Origin: Aplysia californica
Lineage: Eukaryota
NCBI RefSeq assembly: GCF_000002075.1
Contig: NW_004797689.1
Coordinates: 178,513 to 242,512, forward strand
Length of the DNA stretch: 64,000 nt
Direction of reading: 5' to 3'
Made by a program: the position numbers and the translations under genes. The notes below the pieces were generated by a model. That model was not told the DNA's origin. It worked only from the letters and a program-made list of their open reading frames with translations, and did not search any database. The stretch's first letter is position 1. Every line of letters starts with the position of its first letter. Shown here one piece after another: positions 54,007 through 64,000 of this stretch.

Positions 54007-54544
54007 AGTTGCACTAAGAACTTTCCGGGAAAACAAAAAGGCGACCCGCGTAGTTCGGCTTGATTCGAAAAGTTAAACAGCCGTAGATTCTTCGTAGATG
54101 ACCAAATTAATTTACTTTGTGCTTAAACATAATTTTTTATCTTTGTTTTTGTCACTTTGATCGTCCACACTGATAGACAGTTTTCAGAAAGAGACAGATA
54201 TATAGGCCTATAGAGAGAGAGAGACGAGGAAGAGTAGATCTTGCGAGAACCTCCAGGCAAAACAAAATGGCGACCCGCGTAGGTGTAGTTAGGCTCGATT
54301 CGAAAAGTGAAACACCCACTGCATCTTTGTAGACAATCAAATTAGCTTACTTTTGTGCTACGTCATTTTTTCTTTGCTTCTGTTAATTTGATCATCCACA
54401 CCGAGACAGTATTCCGAAATTAGGAAAAACAGGTCTTGTTTCATAGCGGGTGAGAATAGCCAATGCTGGCAAGTCTCACCCCGGGTGAGAGGTCAATCGT
54501 ATCTTTATTCTCACTCTCACCCCAGGTGAGGATAGCCACTTCCT
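53790..54544. mobile_element. MULE-like element with CTCACCC..GGGTGAG subterminal palindromes
   Basis: Right end GGTGAGGATAGCCACTTCCT. The same terminus recurs inverted at 1523-1570 and 56044-56160. Internal duplication of about 235 bp (AAAACAAAA.GGCGACCCGCGTAG at about 54030 and 54260). Left boundary uncertain. Confidence 0.6.
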
Positions 54545-54556
54545 AAAAGTTATTCG

Positions 54557-54874
54557 GGCACTACTTGGATATGGTGGTCCCGACTTTTGTGACAGGGAAA
54601 ATCTAGAATCTAGTTTTGACCCCAACAACGATTACTTCTGGTTCTAAGTCTACGATTACTTTTTGATTTGCGTGCCGATATGGAGAGATAGCCTTTCAAA
54701 CCTAATTGCAAAACATCAAGTCGTGGTCAAATTCAGATATAGATCTAGATCTAGGCTACTGATAAAACATAAAACATTGATACCGACTATTTAAATCCGT
54801 ATCGATATTTCAGTAGATCTAGATTTTTAGATCTAGGCCTACACAAGTCGGGACCACCATATCCAAGTAGTGCC
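54557..54874. mobile_element. 318-bp MITE with perfect 30-bp TIR and 8-bp TSD (Merlin-like GGCAC terminus)
   Basis: GGCACTACTTGGATATGGTGGTCCCGACTT / AAGTCGGGACCACCATATCCAAGTAGTGCC with TSD GTTATTCG. Confidence 0.88.
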
Positions 54875-54989
54875 GTTATTCGGACTTGAGTTCGAATATA
54901 TCTAGAGCTGGCCATATTTTTGTTTATTCGGACTCCGAACAGATTTGACATTTGAACAGATCGCGGTCGTAAACAACATGACATACGGC

Positions 54990-55121
54990 GGAAGGACTTC
55001 CGTAACGAGCGATCAACCCATCAAACACAATAAAGAAGAGGCCTAGACCTAACCCTACCCCTACCCCAAGCCCTCAATTCTGCTCTGTCTCATAATGGTC
55101 GCTCGTTACGGAAGTCCTCCC
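54990..55121. mobile_element. 132-bp MITE with telomere-like internal repeat
   Basis: TIR GGAAGGACTTCCGTAACGAGCGA / TCGCTCGTTACGGAAGTCCTCCC, TSD CATACGGC, internal CCTAACCCTACCCCTACCCC. Confidence 0.85.
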
Positions 55122-55489
55122 CATACGGCACACCAGCTAATCTAGCTACAATGCTACAATACTGTAGATTTCAACTACAAGATCAAGAATCGTGCTGTCG
55201 TGATGCTGAAAACTCCCTCCGCCTCCGCCAAAACAGAAAAACTTGTTAGAATCTTTACCGAACAATAAAAGCCATAAGCTTGACCTAGATCTAGATCTAG
55301 ATGACTTCTTACACAAGTCTTATCGCTTTGTTTCTTTTTTTGTGTTCCAAATGTCTGGAAAGCTTACATTGAATTGGGAACGAGGAACAGATGATGACAC
55401 CGGTGCCACACTACACTCGCTCGAGCACACTAAAATCTATTTTTGGCTAGATTTCTACTTTAGCACAGCACAGCAGTCAACCCAGTCAA

Positions 55490-55600
55490 TAACACATGGA
55501 CAGTACTTCCGGTGGAGATTTTCACTCAGCCAACTGATATTTGATTGGCTTATAAGTAACCTACAACTTGATTGGTTCATTGAATAAAATGTCAGCGCCC
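55490..55600. promoter_or_regulatory. Putative bidirectional promoter for WARS1 and CPSF2
   Basis: Transposon-free island between two divergent genes. Both start codons lie just downstream of splice acceptors (cag|ATG at 52352-52354 on -, ttcag at 58115 on +), implying non-coding first exons. ACTTCCGG (ETS) at about 55505 and inverted CCAAT boxes at about 55544 and 55571. Confidence 0.55.
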
Positions 55601-56161
55601 ATGATTGAGGCACTGTTTACAATTTGTGGGTTCGTATTCTTTACATTCTCCATTTGAACGCGAATAATTGCGTTTGAGGAATATTCTTCGAGGAATAGGC
55701 CTAGCCTTACTTTTGTAATTGGGAATTTGAGAGTTTTGATGTTATAGAGTTCATGGATAAACAGATATTCAAATTCCTCAGAGATCACATCACTCACTCT
55801 GAGTTTGTTTTAGTTTAGATTTAGAATCTAGATTCTAGACAGTTTTAGTTTAGAGAATGATAGACGTCTTGATCTTGTAGTAGGATTCAGAGTAGTCAGT
55901 CAGAAGTCAGTCTACATCTAGATCTAGATTTAGATCTAGATATTCTAGATCTAGAATCTAATATAGTCGTCAGTAGGCCTTACTTAATGAACTAGTTTTG
56001 AGTTTAGGGGACAGTCAATTTAGGAAGTTTAGTCTATTTTTTGTGTGGCTATTTTCACCCCGGGTGAGAATGGTAAGAATAAAAATACAATCGACCTCTC
56101 ACCCTGGGTGAGACTGCCAACGTTGGCTAGACTCTAGATGTGTTTTTCCTAATTTCTGAAT

Positions 56162-56845
56162 CGAAGTGTATACAGACCCGGTAACCAGGAACAAAGTCAC
56201 AAAGTATACAGACCCGGTAGGGGAACTCTTTTGTGACTTCGGAAAGTTTCAGCGCCCAGACCTGGTAGTGTGTGTGAGAGAGAGAGACCGAGAAAGAGAA
56301 AGAGAGAGAGCAGGGGTAAGTGCTAGCAAAATGTATATGACATGCCCCCGTTGGCAGGAGGGAACAAGAGAAAGGTAGAATGGGAAATAGGTGGGGAGAA
56401 AGAAAGACAGAGACTAATCTAACAAAGAAAAAGAGAATGCGAGCGATACACAGACAGAGGAGAGAGAGAGAGGGGGTGGGGGTGGCAGAGAAATAGAGAG
56501 GGTGACTGCTCGATTGAAATTATAATGACATTGCTCTTTTCTTCAAATTGTGATTCCTCCAACACCAAAACGGAGGAAAAACGATCGTTCTTCGAAAAGA
56601 CATCCGCAATCTTCATTTAGATCTAGATCTAGGCTAGCCTCGAAACTAGATCAATGATTTATGTCTGTCTGCCTAGATCTAGACCTAGGCCATGATCTAG
56701 AAGAGCCTAGGGAGGGTACATCTCTATGGTCTACCCTGAGCCAAGAGGGCGCTGAAACTTTCAGAAATCACAAAAGACGAGTTCCCCTACCGGGTCTGCA
56801 TACTTTGTGATTTTGTTCCCGGTTACCGGGTCTGTATACACTCCC
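56162..56845. mobile_element. MULE-like MITE with ~70-bp TIR, nested in another element
   Basis: TIR AGTGTATACAGACCCGGTAACC...GGGGAACTC and its inverse, with exact 9-bp TSD TTTCTGAAT. Host element sequence resumes at 56855-56905. Confidence 0.88.
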
Positions 56846-57024
56846 TTTCTGAATACTGTCTATCGGTGTGGACGATCAAATTGACAAAAACAAAGTAAAA
56901 AATGATTGGGCTCTTTGGAAATTGCCTTCCTGTTTGTTTACATAAGAAACAGAAGTGATTGCAAAGGACAAAAGTGGCCATGTAGGTGGGCTGAGCTAAG
57001 TGAACCCTACCACATTAGCCAGTA

Positions 57025-57876
57025 GAGTCGAACCAGTGTAAGACGGAATCGCAAGGGAGCCAGAAAAAAATTGCGTCTTAGACAGGGGAATTCAGGGGGG
57101 TGGGGGTTCAAAAGCCCAGTCGGTGGGATCAAGGATCGCTTGTCCGATCGGCTAGGAGTGGTCAGAACTTCACACCTCTTAGTTACTTTGCTATCCTGTC
57201 TGATAATGACCTGCGTCAGTCTTACTTATCCAGTTACCACCAGTGCTTGCTTTTCATAGGACCACTGTCTGACCTATTAAAACCAGAAACATTTGAACAT
57301 CTCCTTTGCTTCCACCCTTAGCCCCACCCACTAATGCAACCCCTCACTGCCATCATTGTAACAACGATTCGAGGAACTTTTTTCTCGGCTGGCTATACGA
57401 TCAGGGCGACAGGCATTGGTCAATCTACTTTCCTACCTCTGGCTTCTGGCTACCCAGGAAAGTTTCTGGGGTGGCTCGCTACTCGAGCACTCTCACAGGC
57501 AGTCGTGAAATTTCACACCCTCACTACACTGACTATCTGCATCGCTTAGGACTCACATGATGGGGTAACATCTACCCCCAAATTGCACCCCTACTCTCCT
57601 TCCTCGCCCAGCGGCATGGCCATAGCGTTAAGTTTAGAGCCGGCGGAACCAAACTTGCGAGATTTGTTTCATATCAGGGCTGAGCGGGCAAAGCATTTTC
57701 CGTCTTAGACAGGTGAAACCCTCGGAAGGGAGCAGATTTTTTTTTCCGTTTCCACGTTGGACAGGTTTCCGTTTTATACAGGTAATTAAAGAGGAATATA
57801 TCAAGGGGGGAGCGGGGAGATTCCTTTAAGACAGGTTTCCGTTTTACACAGGTTTCCGTTAAGGCAGGTTCGACTG
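57025..57876. mobile_element. Tigger/pogo-type MITE
   Basis: TA-GAGTCGAACCAGTGTAAGACGGAA...TTCCGTTAAGGCAGGTTCGACTG-TA, with repeated ACAGGTTTCCG. Confidence 0.7.
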
Positions 57877-58156
57877 TATTTCTATCAATGATTCAGCAAA
57901 TACAACGATCCTTTCAAATAAATTCAAATAGCCAGCCAGTGTAGATCTTGCCATCCTTAAGTATAGCTCGTCTAGCCGTCATTAAGTATGGCTAGCCTGC
58001 CATTCTAGCCATACTTCGGCAAACCGTCTAGCGTCATTAATTGCGGCTAACCTCTTCAAATATTTTACCAGTAAGACTAAAGAAATGTTTATGTTTTTCT
58101 CTGCTTCTTTTTCAGCTGTATTATGTTGTCATAGTCATAGATCTAGTTAGTTCATC

Positions 58157-61100
58157 ATGACTTCTATCATCAAACTTCATGCGCTCTCTGGGGCAAGAGA
58201 TGAATCCCCACCTTGCTACCTACTGCAAGTTGATGAGTTTCGATTTCTTCTTGATTGCGGATGGGATGAGGATTTCAGTATGGATTTTGTTCAAGATCTG
58301 CGGAGGTCAGTAGTAGAGACGTAGAAAACAAGAAAAAATTGTGTGAATTGTGTTTAATTTTAATTTTTCAACACTTCTAATTACTCTAATAAAATTTCTG
58401 ATGGACGGGTAAGGATAGATATTATGATGCCAGATCTTTTTAATACTTTAATTTAAAGCACATTACTGCAACTTTGTAATAAATACAGGCTTTAACAGGG
58501 AGCCAATGTAGCTGTAACAGCATTGATGTTATGTTTTCTCATATACATTTTTTGAGAATTATTCTTGTGGCATGGTTCTGGAGTCATTGCAGGTTTTTCA
58601 TTTATCCTTTTGGTCGCCTGATTCCAGATGTAGGATTATTGAGAAATTGGCTGCCAAAGTTTGGAGACTTCCAAAGCTTGAGTGTCCAAGGAAACTGGAA
58701 ATTTACATTTTCTGTGCTTGTAATCGTTTTTCAGTAAAATCCACACAGAGATATGTTTTTAAATGGGCGTAAAAACTGTTTAGCCAAAAAACCACAAAAA
58801 AATTGATAATAATTGCCAAACTGGCCGTAAAATGCAGGTTTCTTTGATTTCATTATTTTGACGAGCGTCTGATTTCACCTCAATGCCTTACATTTAATAG
58901 CTCAAAGTATGACAAAATATGCAAAGTCAAGACCTGGGTGATGTTCAATGAACCATGGTTAAATGACATTAAGACTGAAATAATTTCATGTAACCTGTTA
59001 TAGTCTTCAGTTTCATAATTTGATAGGACTGGTCTTCTTGTTGTTGGAAATGAGAAAGTGATTTTCTAAAACAACAGCTATAGATTTAGTAGTTATGTTT
59101 GACAACAAATTTGTGAATGCACCACCAAGTCCAAAATCTTTGTGTAAGACTGCATGTTTAAAGATGTAAAGCATTGCACAAATAACACTCTTTATGCAGG
59201 ACATCTCTTAAGACACTGATGTCATCATTTGTATTATTTCGTAATGACCATTGCATTTGCTGGAACAAACTAATGAGTATTCCTTTTTCTAGGGTGAGTC
59301 ATCAAGTAGATGCTGTGCTCCTGAGCTACCCAGATCATCTTCACTTGGGAGCTCTACCTTATCTTGTGGGAAAGGGCCATCTCAACTGTCCCATTTATGC
59401 CACTGTGCCGGTTTATAAAATGGGACAAATGTTCATGTATGACCTCTATCAGGTTTGTGGACTTTTTTCTTTGCACTTAAATGCTTTTTTGAAACTATTG
59501 TGTGTGTCCATTTAAAAAAGAATAACTTTTATTTTCTGCTAGTACATCAAGGGGGAAACTGGAAAATGAAATTCTTTTTCTCAATTTTGGTTAAGAGAAA
59601 TATTGAGAATTTTTGGAGAAAATTTTTAAAGGGTGTACTGTATCTATTAAAATTGTCTCAGTGCTGATCCTTTAGTTTTGTACAATTAATTGGATTTATA
59701 TGGTATGGTCCTTCAGAATTATTCATTATTCATTTCATTAGTCTCGTCACAACAGTCAAGACTTTGACAAGTTCACGCTGGATGATGTGGATGTGGCTTT
59801 TGACAAAATAGAACAGCTGGAATATTCCCAGGTTATCACACTAAAAGGTACTTTCTTCTTTAAAAAATTTTTTTTATTCATTCTTTGAGCTTCTGCTGCC
59901 TAACCTCTCAGTCCATTATGTTTTGTCATAGTAGCTCTTAAAGTAGTTTTTTTTTTTATCACTCTGTGTTCCTTTATTTCCGCAGCTGTTATTGGTTTTT
60001 TCAGTGATAATAATGCATATAGAGGCTTTGAGAAAGTGTAATGTCCTTTCAGGAAATAATGATGTGGACTATAAAACCCAAACTGAAGAAAAACAAGAGG
60101 AAACAGTTAGGTTTTAGGCGCGAAAGTTTATTTTGCTGATTATTGTCTTTCAGTAGACTTATTATTTTTCTGTGTATCTTTGTGTATATATATATATAAA
60201 AAAAAAAAATTTTGTTCCTGTCATGTTGCTCTGTTTGATTTTTTGCTTATGTTTCAATAACTCACCTTTCGCATTATTTCCCTGAGCTGAAAGGCCCTGC
60301 CAACATTGTTTTTTTGAGTGTTTTTTTTTCAATTCCAGGTAAAGGACATGGTCTACAGATTACTCCTCTCCCAGCTGGACATATGATTGGTGGTACCATC
60401 TGGAAAATTGTGAAAGATGGGGAGGAGGAAATCATTTATGCAGTGGATTACAATCATAAAAAAGAAAGGTAACAGTAAGCATGTCTCTGTTTTTGGATTC
60501 ATATCTTTCACTTCAGTACCTCCTGTTCTTGATTGCTTTCAGTATGTATCTTTAGTTAAAGTTAGGGCTTTTGTTTTTCTTTTGCTCAGAAATTGAACTT
60601 TTATTCTTTATGTTCATAAGGTTGTAAGTAAGAGTTTTACAAAAAATATTAAAATGTATTCACTCTCTAAGAGGTTTTATTCTGAGGTATTCAATGTTAC
60701 CTCTTCCTTTCTTTCTTTGGTTTTTTTTTTACAGGATACATTTCCCTTTTGATATATCCCAATTTGTTTTGTGTTGTACTCAATAGATATCAAAGCTTCA
60801 ACTTGATTGTGTCTCCCCCCCCCCTCCTCCCCCACTTGTTTTCAGGCACTTGAATGGGTGTCACCTGGACACCATTAGCCGCCCGTCTGTCCTCATCACA
60901 GATTCCTTCAACTCACTTTACAACCAACCTAGTCGAAGACAGAGAGATGAACAGTTGATGAGTATGCGTTACTTTTATTTTTTTTAACATTCCAGTGTGA
61001 ATACCGACTAAATTTGTTTGTGTTTGACTTATTATTTTTCTCTTCTTGCTGTCGGTGATTGGAGGGCACCTCTGGTTGTTCCTACTTTTTGTCTTTCACA

Positions 61101-63003
61101 CTTTTATCTGACTATGTATCTTACTTTTATTTTCTTGCACTAATTGATTATTATTGTGTCAGTTTGCTTTCTTTGCCCGAACAATGATGAACAGTCAGTC
61201 TCATTTGTTTGTTGTGAAGATTTTGAAATGTCTGTGGAGAAAAGTCAATTGTTAGAACACCCAAAACTGCAGTGGACGAAAGCTCATTTTATTGTTCAGT
61301 GTCCATTCGTTATGTTGTTAGACATAATGCTGATTTTCATANNNNNNNNNNNNNNNNNNNNNNNNNNNNNNNNNNNNNNNNNNNNNNNNNNNNNNNNNNN
61401 NNNNNNNNNNNNNNNNNNNNNNNNNNNNNNNNNNNNNNNNNNNNNNNNNNNNNNNNNNNNNNNNNNNNNNNNNNNNNNNNNNNNNNNNNNNNNNNNNNNN
61501 NNNNNNNNNNNNNNNNNNNNNNNNNNNNNNNNNNNNNATTCACTGCCTAGAAAGTCATCTACAAGTATGATTGATATCTAAAAGAGAACATTACTTTTGT
61601 GCTGAGTTACAAGAAAATGTCGCCAAAGTGCAGGCCTACAATGAAATGGAAGGTTGATCTCTTCTATTCTTGTTTTCAGCCACCATTCTGCAGACAATGA
61701 GAAATGATGGGAATGTTCTAGTGGCAGTGGATACAGCAGGTCGCATGCTGGAACTGGCACAGCTGATGGTAAGTTCTGCTTGTAATTTTAAGCAAATATG
61801 GTGACTGCAAGGGCTAATTTGAGATATATAGGGTACGTTTCTCCTAGTAGAGAGATGGAGAATCAATAAAATGACTTTCCCACTTTGGAATCAAATGATG
61901 TCGTAACATGCTTTATTATTGCACACGAGTCACAGTGTCTAATAAAGCATACATAGTTTATGTTTTATTTTGTTATTCTCCTATTTTAAGGCAGTTTAAA
62001 AAAATGCTAAATAAACTTAATGCAAAATGTTATGTGCTTTACTTTGAGACTTGAACGCGTTTCAAGATATCCATTGTGAAAATTAAAATGTGCATAAAAT
62101 AATTCTTGTAGGCTTCATAGACTTTTCTGTTTATGAGAGCAGCTCTTTGCAGTTTTATGTTATAAGTGAAGTACACCTTTACGGTTGTATATTGTTTTGA
62201 GTTCTATGCCACAATGCTATTGTCTTGTGAGATATACATGTCCAACTTAAACAAGAAATTTCTATCTCTTCATCTTGGTGTTTGCTTTCAGGATCAGATG
62301 TGGAGAAGTTCAGAGTCTGGGTTGACTGCATATTCTCTGGCACTATTAAACAATGTCAGCTTTAATGTAGTGGAGTTTGCAAAATCTCAGGTGAATACTT
62401 TTTCCACTCTCTGTGTGCGCTGATAAAGAATTGAAGATGTGCAGTGGCTAGGAAAATACCATAGTTATTTATTTTGGTACTTAATGAAGATGATAAAGGT
62501 TAATTTGATTAATTAAAATTTGAAATTTTATGGAATTTTGTTGTTGTTTCTGTATTGGTCTGTTTCTCTTGTTTTTCCCCAGCCATCATTACAAGTTAAA
62601 AATATTATGTCTTCGTATGGGTTGAGTCACTGTTTATAAGTACAATGGCCTACTGTTTGGAGAGTCAGTTGCTTTTCTAGTCTTATTTCCTTGTTGAGTG
62701 AGAGATCTTACCTTAACATGTACCTAATTTTGTTCTAAGAGAGTGGTAAAATAAAACCATAAAAGGATTTCCTTCACTGTAGGGTTATCTATCTTTTACA
62801 GTGGTTTTAACCATTTTAAGGAATGAAAGTGATGCTCCAAGTTTTTAAATTACCCCCAAAACCTTGTCTCATGTGTGCAGGTTGAGTGGATGAGTGACAA
62901 AGTGATGAGGTCGTTTGAGGACCACAGGAACAACCCTTTCCAGCTGAAGCATGTCCGGCTCTGTCACAACCTGGCAGAACTCGCCCGTGTCCCTGAGCCT
63001 AAG
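58157..63003 (+). CDS. CPSF2: Cleavage and polyadenylation specificity factor subunit 2 (CPSF100), 5' part; continues beyond window
   Basis: Exons 58157-58305, 59293-59452, 59742-59847, 60339-60468, 60846-60961, 61680-61768, 62292-62390, 62881-63003. Motifs [82 protein letters not shown]. Confidence 0.96.
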
Positions 63004-64000
63004 GTCAGTTTTGTTTGCTTTTAGAGAGTGCACATCATTCTGAAATTTTTGTAGGCCCAAAGGTCTGACTAGTGAACTGTGGTATTGTTTGATACAGGGT
63101 TCTCATGCCACTGTTTCTGAAAGAAGACATTCATGAAATCTTGTTCCCATTCCCAGTGTCTTGTCAGTGATGTCCCCATTCTATTTCAGGCTTTAATGCT
63201 GTAAACAGTGAGATTGAGAACTTTGTGAATAACTTCAGTTAATTAAGTTCTGTCCAATCTCCTTTTTGTCCAGCCTGTTTAAATCTATGTGGTCCTGAAG
63301 GGAATAAATAAAATAATGAAAATGCCTTTGTTGTGAATCGGAAAGTGGCAAAATGTGTCGCTTAAGTGGCTCACTTTTATGTGTTATTCCAATTTGTTAT
63401 AGACTTTCCTGAATGCAGGGGCTACTGTTGCTGCTTCCATTGTGTGAAACCCATGTTGTGCTTTACAAATGCACAATTTTATTGTGTTTTCCATGCAAGT
63501 CTGTCAAGTCTTCCTCTTGAGTCTTTACAGTTGATATGAGCTCCATGATCCTTCTTCTACTTTCTTTGTTTTAGCTGGTACATTTAGTCAGACTCAGGAC
63601 AAAATTATCAATGAAAAGAAATGTGCTGTGACCAGATTATTTGTGCCTGGTGACCCAATTACATTTTTGTTTTTATATCTTGATATCGTTTTATCGCGCC
63701 TGCAGTAGTACATTGACTCATTGGCTGATGACTAGTATTTTGCTTACCTCAGTAATTACAATAATGTGTTTGCTTGTGTGAGTTGCAGTGGTTAATTACA
63801 CATTGGCCTGCCCACTGGGGTTGTGTCACCTTATATTCACATGCTAGCACCCTCAGAAACGTACAATTTACATGATTTCTTTGGGCGTGGGCACATAATT
63901 GCCTCCATGCTGACAGGTATGTACTACACACGCACTCACGTTCAGACACGAGCACACATGCTTGTCTTTGAAAGAGCTAAATAAATTGTCAGGTATTCGA

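Overview
Eukaryotic, intron-rich animal genomic DNA with five assembly gaps. It is most likely a lophotrochozoan invertebrate such as a mollusc; this is an inference from the Nin/Deu-type SINE and repeat content. Four spliced protein-coding genes can be rebuilt with canonical GT-AG junctions: MCM5 (+, 497-16854, 16 coding exons, 733 aa); an LRRC73-like gene (+, 29215-39668, 559 aa) whose last exon encodes an unusual poly-Ser plus Lys/Asp tail; cytoplasmic tryptophanyl-tRNA synthetase WARS1 (-, 52351-44636, 414 aa); and the 5' part of CPSF2 (+, from 58157, running off the window), head-to-head with WARS1. Non-coding DNA is dense with non-autonomous mobile elements: pogo/Tc1-type, hAT, MULE-like and Merlin-like MITEs with readable TIRs and TSDs, several of them nested, plus a tRNA-derived SINE family and an RTE LINE remnant. 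The most unusual signals are: (1) a ~180-bp retroposon with no tRNA head, a fixed GT-starting 5' end and TSDs, one copy of which supplies the splice donor of MCM5 intron 9; (2) the possibly switchable S/K/D tail on LRRC73; (3) (TAGATC)n palindrome clusters concentrated near transcription starts; (4) a 5-kb triple-nested transposon carrying tRNA-like Pol III units.
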